Source of the DNA: Candidatus Methanophagaceae archaeon
GTDB lineage: Archaea > Halobacteriota > Syntropharchaeia > Alkanophagales > Methanospirareceae
Reading direction: 5' to 3'
NCBI GenBank assembly: GCA_003194425.1
Contig: PQXB01000001.1
Coordinates: 670,444 to 702,443 of the forward strand
DNA: 32,000 nucleotides
Every line of letters begins with the position of its first letter. The first letter of the stretch is position 1. The translations under genes were made by a program, and so were the position numbers. Below, piece by piece: positions 7,852 to 16,798 of this stretch. Below the pieces are notes generated by a model. It did not search any database and was not told where the DNA came from. It was given only the letters and a program-made list of their open reading frames with translations.

Positions 7852-9887
7852 GCACCCACGAACTTTGCACGCTCCGACAACCTGTAAGAACCTGGCAATC
7901 CCCGGAACGGCTTCCCTCTCAACCCCGCCGCCAAAATCCGCTCCTTCAACGCAGCAGCACTCACCTCCTCCCTCGTTCCCTTCCCCTTCGCTCCGCTCGA
8001 CCTTACCGTAACACTCAAAGTCTTCCGCTCCACTTCCCTGTCCCCGACCACCGCGACAAAAGGAATCCACTCACGCCCCGCGTCCCGGATCTTTTTCGAG
8101 ACCGTCTCCTCGCGGTCGTCCACATCCACTCTTATTTTGCTTAACAACGGCAGAACCTCCTCAACGTACTCCAAATGCCGCTCCGCCACCGGAATTATCC
8201 GCAACTGCGTAGGAGCGAGCCACAGCGGAAGCATCGGCAGAACCCCCTTTCCCTCTCCTCCCGCTCCTGCCTTTTCAGTCTCCAAATACGCCTTCTCAAG
8301 CAGAGCGTAAATGCACCGCTCGATCGCACCGCTGGGCGAGCAGTGAAGAATAATCGGGCTCCTCTCCTCGCCGTCCGCAGTCACGAATTTTATGCCGTAC
8401 CGCTCCGCGTTCTCAACATCAATTTGCACGGTCGAGAGAGCCGACGCCTTGCCCAACGCGTCCACGAAGTTGAACTCGAACTTGAGCACGAAGTAGAAGA
8501 ACCGCTCGTCCCACTGCTCCACAAGCACTGGCTTGCCCGCCGTCCGCGCCAACTCAGCTACAAAGTCCTTGTTCGCACCTCTCTCCTCCTCTTTCTCCTC
8601 CTCCCCCCCCGCCTCTTCGTAAGCCTCTTCGTAAAACTCCTTCGTAAATCTAATCGCGACCTCGTAGTCCTTCGCAGAAAATCCAATCCCTTCCAAAACC
8701 CGAATGCAGAGCTCGTACTGTTTCTTGAACTCCTGCAACGCTTCTGGAATGTCCCGGCAGAAAGTGTGCATATCCGGCATCGTGAACTTTCTCAGACGCC
8801 GCAGCCCCACGAGTTCGCCCCGTTTTTCACGCCTGAACGACGAAGCGAGTTCGAAAATCCGAAACGGCAGGTGCTTGTAAGAAATGCTCGCGTCCTTCGC
8901 CATCAAGAACTGCCCGAAGCAAGCAGCAAAACGCAGGAACAAGTCCGCCTGCCCTACTTTTTCCTGCCTCTTCTCCTGCCCCTTCTTTTCCTTCCCTGCC
9001 TTCTTTTCCTTCCCTGCCACCGAGTACTGCCTTGCAGGGAAGCGCTCGAGGTAGTCTTTCAGCGACGGGTGTGTAGTGCTGTACATTATCGGCGTCTCCA
9101 CCTCCGCAGCACCGTAGCCCGCAATCGAATCCCGAACAAAGTCTTCCAGCAGCGACTTTATCAACTTCCCCTTCGGGTAGAACCGCAAGTTCCCGGGGTC
9201 CGAAGACGGCTCGTAGTCCGCAATTTCTAACCGCTTCATCAACTCCACGTGCGGCGGCACCTTGTCCACTGCCCTCCTTTTCTCGCTCTCGTACACGAAG
9301 AACCGCCGTAAATTCTCCCTCTCTCTTCGTTCTTTACCGAAATCAAAATCCTTGGGTCTCACAAGACCGCCCTCCTCGTCCAGAAAGAAGAACTGCGACT
9401 CCGCTTTCTCCTCCGCCTCCAACGCCTTTGACTTCTTTTTTACTGCCCCTCCCTCCTCACGAGCAGGAGCCCGAATTTTCCGCGACAACTCGGAGAGCGG
9501 GTGCCCCTTGCACCGCAGGGAAAACGACTTGTACCAGCCAAACGGCGCCCTCCTCACTTCCACACCCCGCGAACCCAACGCCTGCACCAGCCCCTTCAAA
9601 ATCTCAACGCTCTGTCCTGGCGACGCCAACTCCGAGCTCAAATGCGCGTAAGGGTACAGAACAACCCGCTCTGCACCGACCTTCTTAAAGACAGAGACCA
9701 CTTCTTCCGTCGCCCGCTCTACCACGCCGCTCGCATCTTTCTCGTCCTCTCGCTCCACCGCAGTAAAAACAACCAAGACCTCTTCTACACGCTCTCGCTT
9801 CTCCAATTCGGGAATCGGCTCCGCAACCCGCGTCTTCGCTCTCACCTCGTATTCTAAGTAGTCAGAATGCACTAACAGCAGTTGCAA
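7848..9887 (-). CDS. thrS: Threonyl-tRNA synthetase, archaeal type with N-terminal editing domain
   Basis: The N-terminus (M)QLLLVHSDYLEYEV is typical of the archaeal ThrRS editing domain, and a class II core and anticodon-binding domain are recognisable. The apparent start codon is TTG at 9887. Low-complexity insertions include AGKEKK x2 (8982..9017). Confidence 0.9.
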   Translation of the reverse strand: MQLLLVHSDYLEYEVRAKTRVAEPIPELEKRERVEEVLVVFTAVEREDEKDASGVVERATEEVVSVFKKVGAERVVLYPYAHLSSELASPGQSVEILKGLVQALGSRGVEVRRAPFGWYKSFSLRCKGHPLSELSRKIRAPAREEGGAVKKKSKALEAEEKAESQFFFLDEEGGLVRPKDFDFGKERRERENLRRFFVYESEKRRAVDKVPPHVELMKRLEIADYEPSSDPGNLRFYPKGKLIKSLLEDFVRDSIAGYGAAEVETPIMYSTTHPSLKDYLERFPARQYSVAGKEKKAGKEKKGQEKRQEKVGQADLFLRFAACFGQFLMAKDASISYKHLPFRIFELASSFRREKRGELVGLRRLRKFTMPDMHTFCRDIPEALQEFKKQYELCIRVLEGIGFSAKDYEVAIRFTKEFYEEAYEEAGGEEEKEEERGANKDFVAELARTAGKPVLVEQWDERFFYFVLKFEFNFVDALGKASALSTVQIDVENAERYGIKFVTADGEERSPIILHCSPSGAIERCIYALLEKAYLETEKAGAGGEGKGVLPMLPLWLAPTQLRIIPVAERHLEYVEEVLPLLSKIRVDVDDREETVSKKIRDAGREWIPFVAVVGDREVERKTLSVTVRSSGAKGKGTREEVSAAALKERILAAGLRGKPFRGLPGSYRLSERAKFVGA

Positions 9888-9900
9888 TTTTCTCTTCCTC

Positions 9901-9942
9901 TCCTTCCTCTCCTTCTCCTTCCTCTCCTTCTCCTTCCTCTCC
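9901..9942. repeat. 15-bp tandem repeat in the thrS leader
   Basis: tccttcctctccttc x2 plus a partial third copy. It is purine-rich (GGAGAGGAAGGAGAA) on the thrS sense strand and ends about 14 nt upstream of the TTG start. Confidence 0.85.
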
Positions 9943-9950
9943 GCTCTCCT

Positions 9951-9973
9951 TTTTATATGTTTTTATTTATAAA
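9951..9973. promoter_or_regulatory. Candidate shared TATA-like element of the divergent thrS/glmS promoters
   Basis: ttttatatgtttttatttataaa is the only AT-rich block between two divergent genes, and repeat-containing leaders flank it on both sides. The assignment is by position and composition only. Confidence 0.4.
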
Positions 9974-10018
9974 GAGAGGAGCAAAGAGAGGAACAAAGAG
10001 AGGAGCAAAGAGAGGGAA
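9971..10018. repeat. 12-bp tandem repeat in the glmS leader
   Basis: aaagagaggagc / aaagagaggaac / aaagagaggagc / aaagagagggaa, four copies, each with a GAGG Shine-Dalgarno-like core. Confidence 0.85.
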
Positions 10019-10051
10019 AAAGCAAAGTGATGGAAAAAGAGAGGGTAAAAA

Positions 10052-11827
10052 ATGTGCGGAATAATTGGCTACATCGGACCGAAAAACGCGACTGAGACGA
10101 TGCTCTCCTGCCTTCAGTCTTTGGAATACCGCGGCTACGACTCGTGGGGTCTCGCTGTAAATACTGAAAACGGAATCGCATTTGTCAAGGAAGTGGGCAA
10201 AATCGGAGCGGTCTCAAGTGTCTCCGCCTTGCCTAAAAGCAGCGTCGGCATCGGGCACACTCGCTGGGCGACACACGGCAGAGTAACGAGAGCAAACGCT
10301 CACCCCCACTTCTCAAACAACAAGAAAATCGCAGTCGTCCACAACGGAATTATCGAAAATTTTCAAGCCCAAAAGAAATTCTTAACCCAGCAGGGCTTCA
10401 AATTCTACTCGGACACCGACACTGAAATAATCCCTAACACGATTGAGTACCACATGCGCAGGGGCTACGACTTCGTTGAAGCCGCTAAACGCTCTCTCAA
10501 CCACTTAGAAGGGCAGTACGCGATCGTGGCATTGCACGCCGACGAAGACCAAGACCAGCTAATCGCGATTCGTAAAGAAGCACCACTCGTAATCGGGATG
10601 GGAAAGGAAGAGAACGAGTTTTTCGTCGCCTCTGATGTCCCCGCCTTCTTGGACCACACGAAGAAGGTCATTTTTTTGGAAGAGCAAGACCTCGCGATCA
10701 TAAACCGCAAACTCACGATTTTCAACCTTTCCAAAAATATTGAGGTACACCGAAAAATAGAAAATATTGGCTGGGACCCTGTGCAAGCGAAAAAAGGTAA
10801 TTTTGACCATTTTTTTATGAAAGAAGTTGCGGAGCAAGCGGAAATTATAGAACGAGTTGTGAACATTGACAAAGTTCTTATTAAAGAAATCGCGGACGAA
10901 ATGCGTAAAGCACAAGGCGTTATTTTTGTCGCCTGCGGGTCTGCAGCACACGCCTGCCTGAGCGGCGTTTACACCCTCGCGAGCGTAGCGAAAATGCACG
11001 CAAACTTTTATTTCGCACACGAGTTCAAGAACTTCAAAAAGTTTTTAACGCCCGAGAGCCTTGTAATCGCGATTTCACAAAGCGGCGAGACCGCAGACAC
11101 GCTCGACGCGATTAGAGTTGCTAAGAGCTGCGGTGCGAAGACGATTTCAATAACCAATACTTTCGGCTCCTCGCTCTCTCGTGAATCGCACAGAACGATC
11201 ATCGAGCGGGCAGGTCCTGAAATCTGCGTCCTCTCTACAAAAACTTACACCGCTCAACTCGCAGTCCTGACTTTGTTGGCGTACGAATTAGCAGGAAAAA
11301 TGGACGAAGGCGTAGCAAAACTCAAGGAACTTATCCGCTACATTTATTACTTAACCTCTGAAGAAGTCCGAAAATTCATAAAGAAAATCGCCGAGAACCT
11401 CCGCTACACAGAGCATTTGTATCTAATCGGTCGGGATTTGCAGTACCCTACTGCTCTCGAAGCAGCACTTAAAATCAAGGAGGTTACCTACATTCACGCC
11501 GAGGCGTTTGCAGGCGGCGAGCTGAAACACGGCGTAATCGCACTGATTGTGCACGGCACGCCCTGCATCGTCTTCACCTCCGAGAAGAACGAGCGAGAAA
11601 TCATCAGCAACGCGATGGAACTGAAAGCGCGGGGGGCTTACATCATCGGCGTCGGTCCGAACAACAACGAGGCGTTTGATGTCTGGATAAAAGTGCGGGA
11701 GGACGAGGAGGCGAACTCAATCTGCCAAATTATCCCGATGCAACTGCTGGCTTACCAACTCGCAATTCTCCGCGGCTGCGACCCTGACAAGCCGAGAAAC
11801 CTCGCTAAATCCGTGACCGTTAAGTAG
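10052..11827 (+). CDS. glmS: Glutamine--fructose-6-phosphate aminotransferase (isomerising)
   Basis: MCGIIGYIG N-terminal nucleophile, two SIS domains (SQSGETADT) and C-terminal KPRNLAKSVTVK. Confidence 0.95.
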   Translation: MCGIIGYIGPKNATETMLSCLQSLEYRGYDSWGLAVNTENGIAFVKEVGKIGAVSSVSALPKSSVGIGHTRWATHGRVTRANAHPHFSNNKKIAVVHNGIIENFQAQKKFLTQQGFKFYSDTDTEIIPNTIEYHMRRGYDFVEAAKRSLNHLEGQYAIVALHADEDQDQLIAIRKEAPLVIGMGKEENEFFVASDVPAFLDHTKKVIFLEEQDLAIINRKLTIFNLSKNIEVHRKIENIGWDPVQAKKGNFDHFFMKEVAEQAEIIERVVNIDKVLIKEIADEMRKAQGVIFVACGSAAHACLSGVYTLASVAKMHANFYFAHEFKNFKKFLTPESLVIAISQSGETADTLDAIRVAKSCGAKTISITNTFGSSLSRESHRTIIERAGPEICVLSTKTYTAQLAVLTLLAYELAGKMDEGVAKLKELIRYIYYLTSEEVRKFIKKIAENLRYTEHLYLIGRDLQYPTALEAALKIKEVTYIHAEAFAGGELKHGVIALIVHGTPCIVFTSEKNEREIISNAMELKARGAYIIGVGPNNNEAFDVWIKVREDEEANSICQIIPMQLLAYQLAILRGCDPDKPRNLAKSVTVK

Positions 11828-11833
11828 CCTAAA

Positions 11834-13234
11834 CTAAAAAAGCAAAGAGAGCCGTTCTTCTTTCTTCTCCCCTTCCTCTTTTTTCCCACCTCCCAGCCGG
11901 TTCTCCCTGAGCACCCGGTTCTCCCTGAGCGTTTGTTCGGCTCTGAAGAACAAAAATTTGTTCGGCTCTAAATCTTGAGTGACCACCGTGCCTGCACCGA
12001 CAACCGAATTTGCCCCGATTCTTACGCCAGGCATTATTGACGCGTTGACCCCGACTTTGCAGTTCTCCGCCATTAGGCAGCCCAATTTGTCCAAGCCCGT
12101 GTCTGTCTGCACGCCCGCTACTGCCACCGAAATGTTCTTCTCGTCGAATCGTAAATTGGCAGTCACCGCGCCGGAGCCGAAGGAGCAGCCGTTCCCGATT
12201 ACGCTGTCGCCGACGTAGTTCGTGTGGAACCAGCAGTCGTCGCCGATGTACGAATTCTTTATCTCGGTGGAGTAGCCAACGACGCACCTGTCTCCGATCT
12301 GCGAGCCGCGAATCAGTGCGTTGTTCCCGACGACCGAGTCTCGCCCGATGTACGCGGGACCTTTTATTACAACATTATCAAAAATCTTCGCTCCCGCCTC
12401 TACAACTACTTTCCCCGCCCCTTCCTCGACCTTCACGCTCTCCGGGATTTTTGCAGTTGCAGGATTTACGACCTGTTTCTCGTGAAGTTTGTCGGTCGTA
12501 CTCAGGAAATAAGCCATTGCGTTGAGAATGTGCCAGGGGAATTTTATCGCAGTCCAGAAGCCGTCGTATTCAACGACCCTAAAATCAAAACCCGCCTTCA
12601 TCATCCGCCCCATCGCCCGCTCATAAACATCGTCTCGGTCGTTCCCTTTCCCCCGCCGCTCGTTCTCCGCCTCTAAAAACTCAATAAATTCGTCTGCGCG
12701 GCGGTGAAGGTGAAGCACAATATTTATCAAGTCGCTGGGCTCTTTTCCCGCTCCCGGCTTCTCTACAATCCCTCTTATCTTCTCCCCTTCTTCAACGACG
12801 AGGTAGCCGCCGGGGAAGTATTTGTCCACCTTGTAGCCGAGAATATTCGCGTCTCCTCTCCCTCTCGCTCCGCCCTTCTTTAAAATCGCCTCGTAAGCGG
12901 CGGGTTCGAGAATGTCGTTTGGATTCACGATGAGAAGGTCTTCGCCGGGACTGCGAATGAGGTTCTCCTCGTTCGCTGTGAGCACCGCGTCTGCCATTCC
13001 TCTTGGGCTTTTCTGCACTGCATATTTTACACCCCCGCCGCAGAGCCCCCTCAATCGCTCAATATTCGCAGGATTCCCAACGAAGACGAAATCCTCTTCC
13101 TTGAACCCCAGCGCCTTCAAATGACCCGTGTGGTGCAAGAGCAGTTCTTTCCCGAGAAACTTGAAGAAGAATTTGTCCTCCCTGAGCGGCTGCATCCTTT
13201 TCCCAACCCCACCGCACAAGAAAAGTATTTTCAT
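11834..13234 (-). CDS. Sugar-1-phosphate nucleotidyltransferase with C-terminal left-handed beta-helix acyltransferase domain (archaeal GlmU-like)
   Basis: N-terminal MKILFLCGGVGKRMQPL nucleotidyltransferase motif and C-terminal hexapeptide repeats (IGDRCVVGYSTEIKNSYIGDDCWF...). The start overlaps the glmM stop (ATGA at 13231..13234). The C-terminal tail carries LRENR(V) x2 from an 18-bp duplication (11897..11931). Confidence 0.75.
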   Translation of the reverse strand: MKILFLCGGVGKRMQPLREDKFFFKFLGKELLLHHTGHLKALGFKEEDFVFVGNPANIERLRGLCGGGVKYAVQKSPRGMADAVLTANEENLIRSPGEDLLIVNPNDILEPAAYEAILKKGGARGRGDANILGYKVDKYFPGGYLVVEEGEKIRGIVEKPGAGKEPSDLINIVLHLHRRADEFIEFLEAENERRGKGNDRDDVYERAMGRMMKAGFDFRVVEYDGFWTAIKFPWHILNAMAYFLSTTDKLHEKQVVNPATAKIPESVKVEEGAGKVVVEAGAKIFDNVVIKGPAYIGRDSVVGNNALIRGSQIGDRCVVGYSTEIKNSYIGDDCWFHTNYVGDSVIGNGCSFGSGAVTANLRFDEKNISVAVAGVQTDTGLDKLGCLMAENCKVGVNASIMPGVRIGANSVVGAGTVVTQDLEPNKFLFFRAEQTLRENRVLRENRLGGGKKEEGEKKEERLSLLF

Positions 13235-14751
13235 CGTAGTTCCCTCCCTGCTGCCTTTACAACTTGAATTCCCTTGCTCAGCAGTCTTTCGAGTTTTTCC
13301 TCGTCCCTCGACTCTCCAACAACCCTTATCTTCGGCTCAGTCCCGCTCGCCCTTATCAAAAGCCACGAATCCTCAAAATCCAATCTCAGACCGTCGAGGG
13401 AATTGAGGCGGTGCTCTGGAAAGAGATCCAAGAAACCACGAGCGCGAACTCGCTCTACAATTTCGTATTTCAGCCGGTCGTCAGTGGAAACCTCCCTCTT
13501 ACCGAAGTAGAGCGGTGGCATTCCTGAAAAGAACTCCCGAATCTCGCTCGCACGCTCAATGTTCGCCAGCAGGAAGAGTGCTGCGAAAATGCTGTCCGGG
13601 TAGTAGCCCATCTCGGGCATTATGTAGACGCCGACCTGCTCAACGCCGACCGCAGCACCCTCCGCCTTCACCCCTCGACCCACAAATCCGTCCCCAACTC
13701 TGCCTCTCACTACCTTCACCCCCTCCTCTCCACCAAGATCCGCAACTGCGTGCTCCAGTAGAAAACCGGTCTCAACCGTGGTTACGACTTTCTTACTTCC
13801 TCTTCCACCGCTTCCGCCGCTTCCACCGCTTCCACCGCTTCCGCCGCTTCCACCGCTCTCCCCGCCGGACAACTTCAGCCGCGAGATGAAAGAAATCGCC
13901 TCGTTGTAGCCGATAAAACCCTGCTTGTCGCAGAAAACGACCCTGTCCGCGTCGCCGTCAAAACAGACTGCGAGGTCTGCGTTTTTCCTCCGCAGGAACG
14001 AAATCGTCTCTTTTAGTGTTTCCGCGGTCGGCTCGGGGCTTCTGTTCGGGAACAACCCGTCTGGCTCGTCGTTTATCGCGAGAACTTCTAAACCCGCCTT
14101 CTTAAAGACCGCAGCCGCGTAACCCGCAGCAGCACCGTTCCCGGGGTCAACGACAACCTTGAACCGCTTTTTAATCTCTACCCTCTTCAAAACTTCGTCT
14201 GTGTGCGCCTTTTTCGCCTTTTTCGCCACTCCCTCGTCCTTGTCCTCGCCCTCGCCCTCGACCTCGACCTCACCCTCGACCTCGCCCCCGAAATCAGAGA
14301 TCAGCGTGCCGACTTTGTTCCACGCCGGCGCCCTGTATTCGTTCCATCTTAACGCGTCTTCAATCAGTTCTTCGTCGTGCGTGGAGTAAGCCACGCCGTC
14401 ACGCCAGAGTTTTATGCCGTTGTATTCCGGGGGGTTGTGCGAGGCTGTTATCATCACGCCTGCGTCGTATTCAGTGGCGTAGTCTGCGGTGCGGTCTCTA
14501 CGAGTCGTTAAAAAGGCAAGCACAGGCGTAGGCGCGATCCCGAGGTCCGCGACATTCACGTTACCCCCCAACAGTCCAGAAATAAGTGCGCTCTTCAGGA
14601 GGTCTCTCGTCACCCTGCTGTCAGTTGCCACTGCAATCTTCGCTTTTTCAGGCAGAGAAGCGGCAACGGCTCTCCCCAGGTTGAGGCAGAACTCGGGGGT
14701 TATTCTTTTAAAGACCTCCCCTCTGACCCCGCTTGTTCCAAACAATCTCAT
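13231..14751 (-). CDS. glmM: Phosphoglucosamine mutase / phosphohexomutase
   Basis: MRLFGTSGVRG, active-site TASHNPPEYNGIK and the FDGDADR metal-binding loop. There are two low-complexity insertions (GEVEGEVEVEGEGEDKDEG and GGSGGSGGSGGSGGSGG). Confidence 0.85.
   Translation of the reverse strand: MRLFGTSGVRGEVFKRITPEFCLNLGRAVAASLPEKAKIAVATDSRVTRDLLKSALISGLLGGNVNVADLGIAPTPVLAFLTTRRDRTADYATEYDAGVMITASHNPPEYNGIKLWRDGVAYSTHDEELIEDALRWNEYRAPAWNKVGTLISDFGGEVEGEVEVEGEGEDKDEGVAKKAKKAHTDEVLKRVEIKKRFKVVVDPGNGAAAGYAAAVFKKAGLEVLAINDEPDGLFPNRSPEPTAETLKETISFLRRKNADLAVCFDGDADRVVFCDKQGFIGYNEAISFISRLKLSGGESGGSGGSGGSGGSGGSGGRGSKKVVTTVETGFLLEHAVADLGGEEGVKVVRGRVGDGFVGRGVKAEGAAVGVEQVGVYIMPEMGYYPDSIFAALFLLANIERASEIREFFSGMPPLYFGKREVSTDDRLKYEIVERVRARGFLDLFPEHRLNSLDGLRLDFEDSWLLIRASGTEPKIRVVGESRDEEKLERLLSKGIQVVKAAGRELR
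13802..13855. repeat. 9-bp tandem repeat x6 inside glmM
   Basis: cttccaccg/cttccgccg alternating for six copies, encoding (GGS)n in frame on the minus strand. Confidence 0.9.
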
Positions 14752-14957
14752 AACTTAATCTCCTGTTTTTAAAAAATAAAATCTTCTCTATTAGAATATG
14801 TGAGTTGGCGATGAACAGAATTAAAAACGAGATTTCACAGACACGATTGAGTAGCTTAGGTAGAGAAGTAGGTGCAGGTGTAGGTGCTGGTGCAAACACA
14901 GAGCAGGAAGAGAAAAATGTATTTTTAAGGAAAATAATTAGTAAAAATCCAAAAAGT

Positions 14958-15696
14958 ATGAACAAGTATAAGAGAGTTGCGGTTTCTCCAATAAGATACG
15001 CTGGCGGAAAAAGTTTAGCTGTCGGTTATGTTATTGAGTTGTTGCCTGACAATGTAAAAAGAGTTGTCTCTCCTTTTTTTGGTGGGGGTTCTATTGAGAT
15101 TGCTATGAGCAAATATCTTAATTTAGAAGTCATAGGATACGATATTTTTGAAATTTTAATAAATTATTGGAAATTTCAGATAAAAAATCCAAAACTTTTA
15201 TACGAAAAACTTAAAGAATTAAAACCTAATCAGAAAACTTTTGATGAGGTCAGATTAACATTAAAAGAGCACTGGAACGGAAAATTCAAATTAGACGGTC
15301 TTACTTTAGCAGTTTATTATTTCTTTAATTTTAATCTTTCTTACGTATCCAAATGACTTCTTTTATTGCGACCCCCCTTATTATATTGGAGAAGATTCAA
15401 AAATGTTCAGGGGAATTTATCCTATGAAAAATATTCCAATTCATCATAACGGATTTAAACATAAACTTTTGAGAGATTTATTGAAAAAACATAGAGGGGG
15501 ATTTATTCTTTCTTATAACGATTGCCCAACTATAAGAGAATGGTACAAAGAATTTAAACAAGTTTTCCCAAGTTGGCAATACACGATGGGACAAGGAGAA
15601 ACAAGAATAGGAAAGAATAGAATAAAAAATGGAAGTAATCATATAAAAGGTTCTCACGAGATAATAATATTTTGCCCCCCCTCCTCCAAGAAATAG
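14958..15696 (+). pseudogene. Dam-type (D12 class) N6-adenine DNA methyltransferase, frameshifted and apparently internally deleted
   Basis: Part 1 (frame of 14805..15356) has SPIRYAGGKS and PFFGGGS (AdoMet motif I). Part 2 (open from 15310, track ORF 15403..15696) has FYCDPPYY (motif IV) only in the other frame. Only about 12 codons separate the FNFNLSY region from DPPY, against roughly 60 in E. coli and T4 Dam as I recall them. The region is visibly AT-rich relative to its flanks. Confidence 0.7.
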
Positions 15697-15863
15697 ATTA
15701 TAATTTAAATGATTTTATAGCTTTTCCAAAAACATAAATATTTGGAGTTCTCTTTTTATATTCTGGTACTCCTTTTTTTAAAACATCCATCGCTCTTAAT
15801 TTCAGCATATTAAAAAGAACACTTTCTTTTAAATGCGTGAATTTATCTTAAGAAGGTTGGAAA

Positions 15864-16781
15864 ATGAAAGCAGTCGTAACAGGCGGGGCAGGGTTCATCG
15901 GCTCAAATCTCACCGAAGAACTGGCGAAGGAGCAGGAGAACGAAGTTGTTGTTGTGGACAATTTGTCTACAGGGAGGAGAGAGAATCTTCAGAATTTGAA
16001 AAATTTAAAGAAATGTTTGTTTGTCGAAGGGAGCGTTACGGACTTGGATTTGGTGAGGGGGGTTTTTAAGGGCTGTGATTTCGTTTTTCACCAGGCTGCG
16101 ATTCCCTCGGTCCCGCGGAGTGTGAAAGACCCGCTTACCACTAACAACGCGAACACGAACGGGACGCTGAATGTTTTGGTCGCGGCGCGGGACTGCGGCG
16201 TGAAGAAGGTTGTTTTTGCGTCCTCCTCGTCGGTCTACGGGGACACGCCTGAGCTGCCGAAGCGGGAAGAAATGACGCCGAATCCGTTGTCGCCTTACGC
16301 GGTGACAAAGCTGGTCGGGGAGTACTACTGCAAGGTTTTTGAGGAGGTTTACGGCTTAAAGACGGTCTCGCTGCGGTATTTCAATGTCTACGGACCGAGA
16401 CAAGACCCGCACTCTGACTACGCAGCGGTCGTCCCGAAATTCGTAAAAAGCGTCTCGGAGAACAAGCCGCCAGTGATTTTCGGGGACGGCGAGCAGACGC
16501 GGGATTTCACTTTTGTTAAGGATGTGGTGCGGGCGAACCTCCTTGCTGCTAAGAGCGGGGCTACGGGCGTCTTCAACATCGCGAGTGGCAGAAGAGTGAG
16601 CATAAACGAACTCGCAGAAAAGATAATAAAAATACAGGGCAAGGAGTTAGAGCCTGTGCATTCAGAGCCGAGAGAAGGAGATGTAAAGCATTCTCTTGGC
16701 GACATTTCGAGGGCACAGCGGGGTTTTGGCTTTGAGCCACGCTACAGCCTGGAAGAGGGGCTTGGTTTGCTTGCGGTTTAG
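15864..16781 (+). CDS. NAD-dependent sugar-nucleotide 4-epimerase (GalE/WbpP-like)
   Basis: MKAVVTGGAGFIGSNL Rossmann motif, the SSSSVYG and YAVTKLVGE (YxxxK) catalytic motifs, 305 aa. Confidence 0.8.
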   Translation: MKAVVTGGAGFIGSNLTEELAKEQENEVVVVDNLSTGRRENLQNLKNLKKCLFVEGSVTDLDLVRGVFKGCDFVFHQAAIPSVPRSVKDPLTTNNANTNGTLNVLVAARDCGVKKVVFASSSSVYGDTPELPKREEMTPNPLSPYAVTKLVGEYYCKVFEEVYGLKTVSLRYFNVYGPRQDPHSDYAAVVPKFVKSVSENKPPVIFGDGEQTRDFTFVKDVVRANLLAAKSGATGVFNIASGRRVSINELAEKIIKIQGKELEPVHSEPREGDVKHSLGDISRAQRGFGFEPRYSLEEGLGLLAV

Positions 16782-16798
16782 CGGTGGTTTAGCGGTTG

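Noticed and set aside
8175-9230. 351-aa plus-strand ORF antisense to thrS
   Set aside because: It lies entirely inside a well-supported ThrRS gene on the other strand. Its sequence is low-complexity (R/L/P/S-rich) with no recognisable motif. Long antisense ORFs are expected opposite GA-rich, G/C-ending codons.
15310-15405. Programmed frameshift as an explanation for the split Dam gene
   Set aside because: There is no slippery heptamer or downstream structure at the frame junction. The gene also lacks a roughly 50-residue segment between conserved motifs, so decay is the simpler explanation.
15698-15808. 36-codon minus-strand ORF (MLKLRAMDVLKKGVPEYKKRTPNIYVFGKAIKSFKL) downstream of the Dam relic
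   Set aside because: It is too short, and I recognise no family. It could be a leftover of a partner gene in the AT-rich island, but that cannot be supported from sequence alone.
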